Assembly (NCBI GenBank): GCA_041649675.1
Contig: JBAZMQ010000005.1
Coordinates: 9,635-73,634 of the forward strand
Direction of reading: 5' to 3'
Length of the DNA: 64,000 bases
Origin: Patescibacteria group bacterium
GTDB taxonomy: Bacteria; Patescibacteriota; Patescibacteriia; Buchananbacterales; UBA6539
Position 1 is the first letter of the stretch; each line of letters begins with the position of its first letter. Shown here piece by piece: positions 35,796 to 45,927 of the stretch. The translations under genes were made by a program, and so were the position numbers. Under the pieces are notes generated by a model that was given only the letters and a program-made list of their open reading frames with translations, did not search any database and was not told the origin of the DNA.

Positions 35796-37265
35796 TTAAT
35801 TTTGCGGACGTAGTAAGGGAAACAAAACCACGTCTCTTAAATTATCTTGTTTAGTTAGCAAAGTTACGATCCGGTCAATGCCCATGCCCCAACCGGAAAT
35901 TGGCGGCGCGCCGTGCTCCAAAGCCAAAACATATTCATCATCTTTGCCGTGGGCTTCAATGTCACCAGAGGCTTTAGCTTTAGCCTGTCTTTCAAAACGC
36001 TGTTTTTGGTCAATTGGGTCAATTAACTCTGAATAGGCATTAATAATTTCCCAAGTATTTACTACCAGTTGAAACCGATCAACAATATTTGGGTTTTTAT
36101 CATTGCGCCTGGCTAAAGGTGATAAATCCAAAGGATGGTTAATTAAAAAAGTTGGCTGAACAATTTTTTGCCGTGAGACGGCTTTATACAAAGCGTCAAT
36201 TAAATTACCTCGCTGTAATTTATCAATATCTTCAACAACAATTTTTTTAGCTTTAATTTCTTTTCGCAGTTTATCAGCCGTTTCAAATTTATCAATATCA
36301 ATGCCACAATCCTTTTTTATCAAATCAGCAAAACTAACCTTTGGCCAGGGGGCTTTAAAATCAACTTCCACTTCCTGACCGGTTCGATCTTTGATAGTAA
36401 TTTTTAATTTACCAAAAAGTTTTTTAAACAGATAGGTAAACATCTCTTCGGTAAATTTCATATTATCCTCAAAATTCCAATAAGCCACGTAGTGTTCAGC
36501 CATGGTAAAATCTTGCAAATGCGAAGGATCCATCCCTTCGTTGCGAAAACAGCGACCGATTTCAAAAACTTTTTCAAACCCGCCAACAATTGCCTCTTTC
36601 AAATAAGTTTCTGGGGCAATCCGCAAATAGACATCAAGGTCTAAGGCATTGTAGTGGGTTCTAAACGGCTTGGCGATAGCACCGGAGGCGGTATTGCCCA
36701 AAATCGGCGTTTCAATTTCGGTAAATCCCTGCTGCCAATAAAATTCCCGCAGGCTTTTTACAAATTCACTGCGAAATAAAAATCGCTGATAAGTTTCAGG
36801 ATTGGCGATTAAATCCAAGTACCGTTGGCGGTATTGTGCTTCCTGGTCTTTTAAACCGTGCCATTTTTCCGGCAAGGGCCTCAAGGCCTTGGCCAGCAAG
36901 GTGTATTTTTTTACCAAAACCGAAACTTCGCCTTTTTGGGTTTTAAATAATTCACCTTCTACCCCGATGAAATCAGCCGGATCAAAAATTTTTAAAAACT
37001 TTTTCAAATCGGTATCTTCTTGCTTTAAAACCACCTGCATTCGGCCCAAACCGTCGCTGATATGGCAAAAACAAATTTTTCCCATTTCCCGAATGGTTAG
37101 TAACCGACCGGCCACTCTTACCTTGGTCCCCAACTTTAACTTTAAAATTTCAGTAATTGACTGGGTCTTGTCAAACTTATCTAGGTAAGGATTAATCCCC
37201 TCTTTCTTTAAAATTTCTAACTTTTGGTAACGCGCCAGATATTCATCGTTTAAGATATTAGCCAT
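35796..37265 (-). CDS. lysS: Lysyl-tRNA synthetase (class II)
   Basis: OB-fold N-terminus and class II catalytic motifs (FRNEG, GGWGMGIDR). Confidence 0.9.
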   Translation of the reverse strand: MANILNDEYLARYQKLEILKKEGINPYLDKFDKTQSITEILKLKLGTKVRVAGRLLTIREMGKICFCHISDGLGRMQVVLKQEDTDLKKFLKIFDPADFIGVEGELFKTQKGEVSVLVKKYTLLAKALRPLPEKWHGLKDQEAQYRQRYLDLIANPETYQRFLFRSEFVKSLREFYWQQGFTEIETPILGNTASGAIAKPFRTHYNALDLDVYLRIAPETYLKEAIVGGFEKVFEIGRCFRNEGMDPSHLQDFTMAEHYVAYWNFEDNMKFTEEMFTYLFKKLFGKLKITIKDRTGQEVEVDFKAPWPKVSFADLIKKDCGIDIDKFETADKLRKEIKAKKIVVEDIDKLQRGNLIDALYKAVSRQKIVQPTFLINHPLDLSPLARRNDKNPNIVDRFQLVVNTWEIINAYSELIDPIDQKQRFERQAKAKASGDIEAHGKDDEYVLALEHGAPPISGWGMGIDRIVTLLTKQDNLRDVVLFPLLRPQN

Positions 37266-37367
37266 AATTTTAGTTATAAATTATAGGTTAATTTTACTAA
37301 AAAAACCGGATTTAGTCAAAACAAAAACTCCGAACAAAATCGGAGTTTTTGGTTAGGTAAAAAATAG

Positions 37368-37829
37368 TTACTTTATCTCTAAAATTTCACATTCCGTCTC
37401 GCCTTTAGGGATTCGAACAACCACTTTCTCACCCTTCTTCCGGCCTAAAAATGCTCGGCCAAGTGGTGATTCGTTAGATATCAATCCTTTGGCCGGATTA
37501 GCTTCATTGGAGCCAACAATCGTATAATGATGCTCATCAGGACCACATTTGATTTTGATACTGCAACCAATACTGACCACTTCCCGGCCGCGACTTTCGT
37601 TAATAATTTCTGATTTGTTGATCAAATGTTCTAATTCAGCAATTCGGCCGGCAATAAAACCCTGTTCATCTTTAGCATCCTGGTACTCGGCATTTTCAGA
37701 AAGATCCCCTAATTCTCGAGCCCGGGCAATGCGTTCAATTACTTCAGGCATTTTAACCTTTTTTAAAAATTCAAATTCTTCTTTTAATTTCTCTAAGCCA
37801 TTTTGGGTAATATAATTAGTAGGAGTCAT
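37368..37829 (-). CDS. greA: Transcription elongation factor GreA
   Basis: RELGDLSENAEYQDAKDEQ coiled-coil and a C-terminal FKBP-like domain. Confidence 0.9.
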   Translation of the reverse strand: MTPTNYITQNGLEKLKEEFEFLKKVKMPEVIERIARARELGDLSENAEYQDAKDEQGFIAGRIAELEHLINKSEIINESRGREVVSIGCSIKIKCGPDEHHYTIVGSNEANPAKGLISNESPLGRAFLGRKKGEKVVVRIPKGETECEILEIK

Positions 37830-37923
37830 AAAATGTTTTTATTTTTGATTTATCCGGCTAAAAAACCAGACGCTAATTTTAAATTTTGCCAACTAGCTCT
37901 TTTGGTTAAGCTGATTATAATTT

Positions 37924-37949
37924 AAAAAAATACAGTCCAGACTGTATAT
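37924..37949 (-). terminator. Rho-independent terminator of the mreBCD-mrdA operon on the minus strand
   Basis: On the minus strand, atacagtctggactgtat followed by TTTTTTT. Confidence 0.6.
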
Positions 37950-38031
37950 TTTTAATAGCATTAAGAACTATTTTAAATTACTTTCTTTACGTTGTCAAGC
38001 GATTTACTATAACTTATCCACAGTTAAAACC

Positions 38032-40020
38032 TCAATTTGTTTGAGGAGTGGTGGTTGGATTTAATCTATTCTGAATCCACCAATCTAAAATATCATAGGC
38101 AACGGGCAAAGCCATACTACTGCCCTCACCACTCTCTTCCAATAGAACCGTAACTACAATTTTTGGATTTTCAAAAGGAGCATAACAAGTAAGCCAGGCC
38201 TGCGATAATTGATTACTGGCCCATTGAGCCGTTCCGGTTTTAGCCGCAACGGAAATTGGCAAATCACCCAACCGTCTAGCGCTACCCGCTAGCACGGCTT
38301 GGCGCATGCCCTGGCTGATGATTTTAATATTTTTTGAATCAATAAAATCTTTATTTAAAACCTGCGGCTGATTAGTCTTAACAATTTGATTATTGTTATC
38401 TAAAACCGCTTTTAAAACCTGCGGCTGATATAAAGTGCCGCCATTGGCAAAGACTGAAGTCCAATTCGCCAATTGCAAGGGAGTAGCTAATAAATCACCT
38501 TGACCAATCGCCGCATGATAAGTATCACCAATATACCATTGTTCTTTCTTAACCCGCTCTTTCCATTCTTCACTCGGGACAAATCCAGTCGCCTCGCCCG
38601 GTAAATCAATACCCAACTTTTTATCCAGCCCAAACATTTCAGCATACTTTTTAATTTTTTCTATTCCTAAACCTTTAAAATCTTTATACCCGCCGCCGAT
38701 AGTATAGAAAAAAGTATTAACTGATTCAGCAATACCTTTAGTAATATTCGTCCAACCGTGGCCACCAGCTTTCCAGTCCGGAAAAAACCATTGGTTAACA
38801 TAAATTCCTCCAGAACTTAAAAAACTGGTATTCTGGTCAATGATTTTTTCCTGCAAAGCGGCGGCTCCCACCACCAGCTTAAAAGTTGAACCCGGTGGAT
38901 ATTCGCCGCTAATTGCCCGAGGAAACAAGGGCTGGCTAGGATTATTAGCTAATTCAGATAAATCATTTTGGGAAATACCCTGGCTGAATAAATTATTGTC
39001 AAATGCCGGCCAACTGACTAAAGCTAAAACTCCACCATTGCTGGGGTCTAAAATTATCACTGTCCCCTTTTTTTTGCCATTGGCTTGCAAAACTGTTTTC
39101 AAACTAGACTCAGCTTTATTTTGTAAATCAGCGTCAATATTCAAAATTAAATTATTTCCAGAAATCGGTTTTTGATAAGCTAAAATTTCCTTGGCTTCAC
39201 CAGTTGCATCAACTTCAACTTGTTCTCGGCCATTAACCCCTTTGAGCTCTGGCTCATAAAAAGTTTCCAAACCAGTTTTGCCAACATAATCATCAATTAA
39301 ATAACCACGGCTTAAATAATCCTGTAATTTATTTTCTTCAATTTTACCTTCATAACCTAAAATATGAGATAAGCTTAAGGTGTTGGCTGATTCCAAATAA
39401 TGCCGGGTATTATCAACCTGCAAAACTACTCCAGGGAAATGAGCAGTTGAAATCTTAGCTAAAATCGCTTGATCTTGATTTAAATTTTCTTGAATTACAA
39501 CTGGCTGATAAGAATAAAGCGATTGGCCAGCAATAATATTATATATCTCATCAGCTGATTTTTGTGAAATTTTGGCTAAATCTTGAGCAATTTGACGACG
39601 TTCTTCTGCCTTTTTTGGCAAATCAACCGGAATGATTGCCAATGAGAAGCTGGGAATATTTTCAACCAATAATTTATTATTTCGATCATAGATTATGCCC
39701 CGAGTGGCTTTAATGTCTCTAATTCTGACTCGATTACCTTCAGCAACAGAACGAAAATAAGAACCTTCAAAAAGTTGTAAATAAGCTGTCCGGGTGGCTA
39801 ACAAAACAATGCCAAGCATCAGCACAATAAACCAAATGTTTATAATTTTTTGATCAACCAAAAAATTGGCCGTATTACCGCCAGAAAAATTTTTCTTATT
39901 GGCAAACAAGTCAACTTCAAACCATTTGCTATTAGTCCGGCGGTTTATTGAATAACCATTATTTTTATGATTGCTGGCAATCTCAAAAGGATTAGCGTTG
40001 ACTTTTATTCTCATAGGCAT
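38032..40020 (-). CDS. mrdA: Penicillin-binding protein 2 (peptidoglycan D,D-transpeptidase)
   Basis: STFK (PGSTFKLV), SxN and KTG (AAKTGTAQ) motifs. Sits downstream of mreD. Confidence 0.85.
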   Translation of the reverse strand: MPMRIKVNANPFEIASNHKNNGYSINRRTNSKWFEVDLFANKKNFSGGNTANFLVDQKIINIWFIVLMLGIVLLATRTAYLQLFEGSYFRSVAEGNRVRIRDIKATRGIIYDRNNKLLVENIPSFSLAIIPVDLPKKAEERRQIAQDLAKISQKSADEIYNIIAGQSLYSYQPVVIQENLNQDQAILAKISTAHFPGVVLQVDNTRHYLESANTLSLSHILGYEGKIEENKLQDYLSRGYLIDDYVGKTGLETFYEPELKGVNGREQVEVDATGEAKEILAYQKPISGNNLILNIDADLQNKAESSLKTVLQANGKKKGTVIILDPSNGGVLALVSWPAFDNNLFSQGISQNDLSELANNPSQPLFPRAISGEYPPGSTFKLVVGAAALQEKIIDQNTSFLSSGGIYVNQWFFPDWKAGGHGWTNITKGIAESVNTFFYTIGGGYKDFKGLGIEKIKKYAEMFGLDKKLGIDLPGEATGFVPSEEWKERVKKEQWYIGDTYHAAIGQGDLLATPLQLANWTSVFANGGTLYQPQVLKAVLDNNNQIVKTNQPQVLNKDFIDSKNIKIISQGMRQAVLAGSARRLGDLPISVAAKTGTAQWASNQLSQAWLTCYAPFENPKIVVTVLLEESGEGSSMALPVAYDILDWWIQNRLNPTTTPQTN

Positions 40021-40540
40021 TGGAAGGAAATAAAAATATATTTTTCAACCGACCAGTAGAAATATGAAAAGTAAAAAAAATAATTGCTAAAATTAAAGTA
40101 TTAAATAGTGGCTGCCAAAAAAATTGTGACCAAAAGTCAAATATTAAAAAATAGCTACTGCTGCCGGAAATCAAAGCTAAGGCATTAAAAAATAGAATAA
40201 ACAAATTATACGAAAGCGTACCAATAAAGCCTAAAATTAACAATGAGTACAAAGAACGATTAGTAAAAAGATTACTAAATAAAAAATTAATTAAAATTAC
40301 TACTGCCAACAAACTTAGGGTTGTAGTGCCGAAGGAATAAGCCGAGTATAACTCTAAAAATAAGCCTGCCCCCAAAGCCCACCATAATCCTTTCTGATAA
40401 TTAACAATAACTGCTAAAAAAATAACCAGGCTCAAAATTAGATTAAGGCTAGAAACTGGTGGCGGCCAAGTAGTTAACAAGCTAACTTGGACTATTCCCA
40501 CAACGAATATACCAACGATATTAAAAATTATTTCAATCAT
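39992..40540 (-). CDS. mreD: Rod shape-determining protein MreD
   Basis: Polytopic small membrane protein between mreC and mrdA. Confidence 0.6.
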   Translation of the reverse strand: MIEIIFNIVGIFVVGIVQVSLLTTWPPPVSSLNLILSLVIFLAVIVNYQKGLWWALGAGLFLELYSAYSFGTTTLSLLAVVILINFLFSNLFTNRSLYSLLILGFIGTLSYNLFILFFNALALISGSSSYFLIFDFWSQFFWQPLFNTLILAIIFFTFHISTGRLKNIFLFPSNAYENKSQR

Positions 40541-41349
40541 AATTCAGGCATTTTTAAAACAGAAACAACGGTTAAATTATCAATCTTAACTAACGATTGA
40601 AGCCAAGCGGTTTGGAAAGAAGCATTAGGCTCAGCCGTAATTCGATTTATTTTCCCAACCACTAAGCCTCGCGGAATTGTTGGTTCCAAGCCAGAGGTAA
40701 TGGCAATATCGCCTTCCTTAATCACATCATTTTTAGAAATTAACTCCATTTTCAAACTCAAACCATGCTCACCTACCACTACACCCTTAGAATTACTTTC
40801 ATTTTGGATTATGACAGCAATCTTACTCCGCGAATCATTAATTAAAACCGCTTCCGAACTGTTGGCTTTGACCTGAGAAATTTTTCCAATCATAACACCA
40901 TCATCGGTAATTAAGGGAAAATTAATTTTGATTCCCTCATTGCTCCCCTTGTCTAAAATAATTGATTGTAAATTAGGTTCCGGATTTTTACCAACTACTC
41001 TGGCCGTAATTGCCTGCAAACCAGTCCGAGCCAAAAAATTTGCTTGTTTGGACACTTCTTGATTGTCCTGCAAAACCGTCTTTAATTGAGCGTTTTCAAT
41101 TGTCAAACGATTAACTTCATTAGTTAATTTTTCATTAGCTTGGACAAAATCTTTGCGACTAGTGGCGTCATAATAGAAATCATTAACTTTGGTGCCAGTA
41201 CCATAAATCTTGGATTGGATTGGCGCTAAAATTCTAATGACTAAATTTTCAATTGGTACCAAAATTGAAGTATAATGCAAAAAAATCAGCAGAATCACTG
41301 CTGCTAACAAAGTCAAGGAAAGAGGTCTAGATTTAATAAATTTAAACAT
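40537..41349 (-). CDS. mreC: Rod shape-determining protein MreC
   Basis: N-terminal TM segment, a coiled coil, and C-terminal beta domains. Operon position. Confidence 0.8.
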   Translation of the reverse strand: MFKFIKSRPLSLTLLAAVILLIFLHYTSILVPIENLVIRILAPIQSKIYGTGTKVNDFYYDATSRKDFVQANEKLTNEVNRLTIENAQLKTVLQDNQEVSKQANFLARTGLQAITARVVGKNPEPNLQSIILDKGSNEGIKINFPLITDDGVMIGKISQVKANSSEAVLINDSRSKIAVIIQNESNSKGVVVGEHGLSLKMELISKNDVIKEGDIAITSGLEPTIPRGLVVGKINRITAEPNASFQTAWLQSLVKIDNLTVVSVLKMPEL

Positions 41350-41364
41350 AAACCGTTATATAAA

Positions 41365-42420
41365 CTAACGAGAATTTTTTTCTTCTTTAGTTGATGATGG
41401 AACTGCCACTTCCAAAAGTAAATTATTGTCTTCCAAAATCAAACCCATTCCCCGAACGGAACAAGTCAAGGGATCTTCAATAATTTTAACCGGAATTTTA
41501 GTGGCTTTGGCAATCATTTCATCCAAACCAGCCAGTAAGGCTCCGCCGCCAGCTAAAATCATACCCCGCTGGTATATATCAGCCACTAGCTCAGGTGGCG
41601 TAATTTCTAAAGTACTTTTAATTCCTTCAATAATGCCGGCAATTGACCGTTGCAATGATTGCTTAACTTGTTCACTGGTGACTATCACTTCTTTAGGTAA
41701 ACCGGTAATCAAATCGCGACCGCGCATTTTTAGCTCAATTGGTTTGCCATCAGTAATTTTTCCAGATTTAATTTTAATATCTTCAGCCACTCGTTCACCG
41801 ATTAGCAAATTGAATTCGTTTCGGGCAAACTGAATAATATCCTGATTGAGTTTATTGCCAGCAATTCGTAATGATTTCCAAGCTACCACCCCAGAGAGAG
41901 AAATAACGGCAATTTCGGTAATACCACCGCCCAAATCAACTACCATATTACCGGAAGGATCTTGAATTGGTAAACGAGCACCAACGGCAGTAGCAATAAC
42001 ATTTTCAACTAAATATACTTCCCGGGCGCCGGCGGAAAGCACTACGTCTTCAACTGCTTTCTTTTCCACTTCCGTAACATCAAGCGGCACGCCGATTACC
42101 ACTCTTGGGCGTGGCGAAAGGCCAAAACTCTTTTGGGCAATTCGGTCAATAAAATACTTAAGCATTTTTTCAGTTACTTCAAAATCAGAAATTATACCGT
42201 CAACCAAAGGTTTGGAGATGGTAATGTGCGGCGGCGTTTTGCCAACCATCTTTTGAGCTTCTTCACCCACCGCTAAAATTTGGTCAGTCCGGTTATTCAA
42301 AGCCACAATTGATGACTCATTAATCACAATCCCCCGATCTTTAACATAAATCAAAGTATTGGAAGTACCTAAGTCAATTCCAACATCTTTTGAGAATTTT
42401 TTGAATAAACTATTTAACAT
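41365..42420 (-). CDS. mreB: Rod shape-determining protein MreB (actin-like)
   Basis: DLGTSNTLIY and GGGITEIAVISL actin-fold motifs. Confidence 0.9.
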   Translation of the reverse strand: MLNSLFKKFSKDVGIDLGTSNTLIYVKDRGIVINESSIVALNNRTDQILAVGEEAQKMVGKTPPHITISKPLVDGIISDFEVTEKMLKYFIDRIAQKSFGLSPRPRVVIGVPLDVTEVEKKAVEDVVLSAGAREVYLVENVIATAVGARLPIQDPSGNMVVDLGGGITEIAVISLSGVVAWKSLRIAGNKLNQDIIQFARNEFNLLIGERVAEDIKIKSGKITDGKPIELKMRGRDLITGLPKEVIVTSEQVKQSLQRSIAGIIEGIKSTLEITPPELVADIYQRGMILAGGGALLAGLDEMIAKATKIPVKIIEDPLTCSVRGMGLILEDNNLLLEVAVPSSTKEEKNSR

Positions 42421-42443
42421 ATTCAGACCGGTTTTTACAAAAA

Positions 42444-43688
42444 TTAAGCTTTAAGCTTTTTGATTAATTCATTAACACTCAACAGCTCCGAATCTTTTTG
42501 ATCTCGTTTTTTAAACTCTATTTTAGCTTTAGTTTTAGGCGAAACCACCAAGCGGTAAGGAATACCAATCAAATCGGCATCGGCAAATTTCTGCCCAGCA
42601 GTTACACCCTGACGATTATCAAATAAGATTTCAATTCCTAAGCTAAGTAATTTATCATACACCTCTTGGGCGGTTTTAGCAACTTCTATTTCATCACCAA
42701 TTTGGAGTAAATGAACGGCAAAAGGCGCCACATTTTGCGGCCAAATAATACCATTTTGATCATGATAAACCTCAACAATCGCTCCCATTACCCGACTTGG
42801 CCCGATGCCATAACAACCCATCATCACCGGCTTTTTCTTACCATCTTCGTCAACATACTCCAGCTTAAAAGGTTCAGAATACTTTGCCTTGAGCGGAAAA
42901 ATATTTCCCACTTCAATCGCTTTGCCTTCCTGGATTTTTCCAGCTTTGCATTTTGGACATTGATCGCCTGCCTTGTACTCAGCCACTTCTTTGTTTTGGG
43001 CGTAATGACATTTGTCGCAATAAAAAATTGTGTCTTCGCCGTACTGAGTCAATACTTGAAACTCATGAGAATATTTGGAAAAGCTGCCACCAGAAGCCTC
43101 GGTCACTAGCGAATCTAGACCACAGCGTGAAAATATTTTTTGATAAGCCAACAACGCTTTTTGATAATAATCAGCTAAATCTTTTTCATTTTTATGAAAA
43201 CTGTATAAGTCCTTCATTGAAAATTCAATCCCACGCATTAAGCCGGACTTGGCTCTCGGCTCGTTTCTAAATTTATCCTGGATTTGATAAAGGTAAATCG
43301 GCAAATCTTTATAAGAATTAACAAACTTTTTAACTAATGGTGTAATCACCTCTTCAGCCGTCCAGCCCAAACCGAATTCTTTGTCACTTCGGCCCTTGAA
43401 TTGAAACATGACTTCTTTGCCCGGATCAGTCCAGCGGCCAGTGGTTTGCCAAATTTCTTTAGGCTGCAAAGCGGGCATTAAAATTTCTTGACCATCAATG
43501 GCATTCATTTCTTCCCGGACAATTTGTTTAATTTTATTTAAAACTCTTAAACCTAGTGGCAAATAAGTATAAACACCAGCCGTCAATTTATCAATGTATC
43601 CGGCGCGAGCCAAAAAAATCGCATTAGTACTAACCTCATCCTTTGGCGCTTCTTTAAAAGTTTTTCCAAAAAGTTTTGATTGTAGCAT
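42444..43688 (-). CDS. proS: Prolyl-tRNA synthetase, short form without the editing insertion
   Basis: Class II motifs. Length 414 aa. Confidence 0.85.
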   Translation of the reverse strand: MLQSKLFGKTFKEAPKDEVSTNAIFLARAGYIDKLTAGVYTYLPLGLRVLNKIKQIVREEMNAIDGQEILMPALQPKEIWQTTGRWTDPGKEVMFQFKGRSDKEFGLGWTAEEVITPLVKKFVNSYKDLPIYLYQIQDKFRNEPRAKSGLMRGIEFSMKDLYSFHKNEKDLADYYQKALLAYQKIFSRCGLDSLVTEASGGSFSKYSHEFQVLTQYGEDTIFYCDKCHYAQNKEVAEYKAGDQCPKCKAGKIQEGKAIEVGNIFPLKAKYSEPFKLEYVDEDGKKKPVMMGCYGIGPSRVMGAIVEVYHDQNGIIWPQNVAPFAVHLLQIGDEIEVAKTAQEVYDKLLSLGIEILFDNRQGVTAGQKFADADLIGIPYRLVVSPKTKAKIEFKKRDQKDSELLSVNELIKKLKA

Positions 43689-43689
43689 A

Positions 43690-43775
43690 ATAGTTTTGAA
43701 TTTAGAATCATGAATTATGAATTATGAATACTTAAGCCAGCCATAATTCTTGATTCATAATTCCTATGTTATTTC
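43690..43775 (+). repeat. Palindromic element built from gaattatgaat / attcataattc words
   Basis: catgaattatgaattatgaatac...ccataattcttgattcataattcc. Confidence 0.6.
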
Positions 43776-44143
43776 CCTAATAATTTACTCCAAAAACCTT
43801 TTTTTTCTTCAGGCACTTTGACTTGACTCTGGTTGTCAATTTGATTTTTTATATGACCTTGCAACCGATTAGCTTCAGTTTGAACTAACTCGCTATCATA
43901 CTCGCCACTGTGAGCCGAAGAACCAGCATAAGAAGGTTTTTTTTGGTCCAAATGCAAATTGAAAAACTTCTTGCCGTCTTGATCGGTGCCCAAATACAAA
44001 TGGAAGCGCGGATAAAAATCACGGCTTAACCGCCTGACATATGAGGTTTTACCGGAATTATAATCATGAATTTCCGTATAACCGGCTCGCTGCAAAAAAA
44101 TTCGGAAATTAACTTCAAAATCAAACGGTAAATAAATTTTCAT
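43769..44143 (-). CDS. Hypothetical protein
   Basis: A 124-aa ORF with no clear motif. Confidence 0.4.
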   Translation of the reverse strand: MKIYLPFDFEVNFRIFLQRAGYTEIHDYNSGKTSYVRRLSRDFYPRFHLYLGTDQDGKKFFNLHLDQKKPSYAGSSAHSGEYDSELVQTEANRLQGHIKNQIDNQSQVKVPEEKKGFWSKLLGK

Positions 44144-44169
44144 AAACTGCTATTGATGAATTAAAGATT

Positions 44170-45336
44170 CTAAAAAAGTCCAGAAATTTTTTGCCACCAA
44201 TTCAGAAAGCCTGAAGAGACTCGGGCAATATCCCTAAAGGTTACAATTACGACTAAAATCATTAATAAAGCAAAACCAAGATTGTGCATGGCCGCTTCAA
44301 AGCGCTGATTGATCGGTTTTTTTCTAATGGCTTCAATTAAAAGAAAAAAGACCCGGCCACCATCCAAAGCTGGAAATGGTAAAAAATTAATAACCGCAAT
44401 AATTACTGATAAAACTGCGGTAAATTGTAAGACGTACAAAAATCCTGAGCGGGCGGCATCACCAACCAAAGTAGCAATACCCACTGGGCCATAAACATCA
44501 CCAATTAGATGCCGAGAAATTATCAAATTTTTAATAATCAAATAAAAACCGTAGATCACTCCCCAAACCATGGTAAAAGTCTCTTTCAAACCATACCACC
44601 AAGAAATATACCAAGGATAAGAAACAAAACCAGTTTGGGCCAAAGCTACACCCATTCCACCCCGATTAGTTTGGCTTAAAACATAAGGCGTTACTTTCTT
44701 ATCTAAAATCTCCTGATCACGCTGAATTTTTAGAGTTACTTCGGTACCAATTTTACTATCAAAATAGCCCTGCAAACTTTCAATTTTGGCAAAATTTTGA
44801 CTATCAACCAAAACAATAATATCACCCACTTGAATATCAGCCTTTTTGGCCGGCGAGTCGGCAAGTACATCCAATACCCGGATTTTGATATCCCGAATCT
44901 TAGCCGCCGCTGGCAACGTTTTATCAATATATTGAGGTGAGCCAATAGTTAAACCAATCGTTAGCAAAACTGCAGCTAAAATTATGTTCATTAAAACGCC
45001 GGCCGAAATTATCCAAATTCTAGTCCAAACTTTTTTATGAGCAAAACTGTCCGGATCAGTAGCGGCATCACCTTCTTCGCCTTTGATCTTAACAAAACCA
45101 CCCAAGGGTATCCAATTTAGAGAATAGATGGTTTTATTTGTTTCTTTGGTTTTAATTCCAACTGATTGCCATTTACCCAAATCATCCTTAAAAAAACCAA
45201 AAATTCTTGGTGGTAGCCCAAGACCAAATTCATCAACTTTAACTCCTGATTTTCGGGCAACAACAAAATGACCGACCTCATGAACCAAAACTAAAACCCC
45301 TAAAACAACGAAAAAAGCGACAATAGTTAAAAGCAT
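44170..45336 (-). CDS. rseP: RIP metalloprotease RseP (site-2 protease, M50)
   Basis: HEVGHFVVA HExxH motif, a PDZ region, and a C-terminal LDGG. Confidence 0.8.
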   Translation of the reverse strand: MLLTIVAFFVVLGVLVLVHEVGHFVVARKSGVKVDEFGLGLPPRIFGFFKDDLGKWQSVGIKTKETNKTIYSLNWIPLGGFVKIKGEEGDAATDPDSFAHKKVWTRIWIISAGVLMNIILAAVLLTIGLTIGSPQYIDKTLPAAAKIRDIKIRVLDVLADSPAKKADIQVGDIIVLVDSQNFAKIESLQGYFDSKIGTEVTLKIQRDQEILDKKVTPYVLSQTNRGGMGVALAQTGFVSYPWYISWWYGLKETFTMVWGVIYGFYLIIKNLIISRHLIGDVYGPVGIATLVGDAARSGFLYVLQFTAVLSVIIAVINFLPFPALDGGRVFFLLIEAIRKKPINQRFEAAMHNLGFALLMILVVIVTFRDIARVSSGFLNWWQKISGLF

Positions 45337-45352
45337 AGATATTTAACTTAAA

Positions 45353-45907
45353 TTATAAAGTCATTATTTCACTCTCTTTTTTTTCACCAATTTCTTTAAT
45401 TTTTTCATTGTAATCTTTTATCAGCTCGTCTAATTTTTTCTGCAAATCATATCGGTCATCTTCGGTAATCTCTTTATTTTTTTCTTGTTTTATTGTTTCT
45501 TCTTTGGCTTTATCGCGAAGCTGCCTAACCGTAATTCTGGTTTTTTCCATTTTTTCATTAACGGACTTAGTTAATTCTTTGCGACTCTCTTCGGTTAACG
45601 GCGCAATAGTAAGACGAATCTGATTGCCTTCATTGACCGGACTAATACCAATATTCGCTTTAGTAATCGCCTTCTCAATTTCTTTAGTGACAGTTTTATC
45701 CCAAGGTTGAATTATAATTGTTCTGGCTTCCGGCACGGTAATTGAAGCCAGCTGCTTAATTGGCATTTTAGAAGCATAAGCTTCAACCAAAATATTTTCT
45801 ACCATAACTGGATTGGCCCGGCCGACTCGTAAAGTCGCTAATTCATTTTTTAGATTCTCAATTGATTTATCAAATTCTGACTTATAATTATCAATAATTG
45901 ATCCCAT
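45353..45907 (-). CDS. frr: Ribosome recycling factor
   Basis: Full-length 184 aa with family-typical sequence throughout. Confidence 0.9.
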   Translation of the reverse strand: MGSIIDNYKSEFDKSIENLKNELATLRVGRANPVMVENILVEAYASKMPIKQLASITVPEARTIIIQPWDKTVTKEIEKAITKANIGISPVNEGNQIRLTIAPLTEESRKELTKSVNEKMEKTRITVRQLRDKAKEETIKQEKNKEITEDDRYDLQKKLDELIKDYNEKIKEIGEKKESEIMTL

Positions 45908-45927
45908 AGATATTTATTATTTAATTA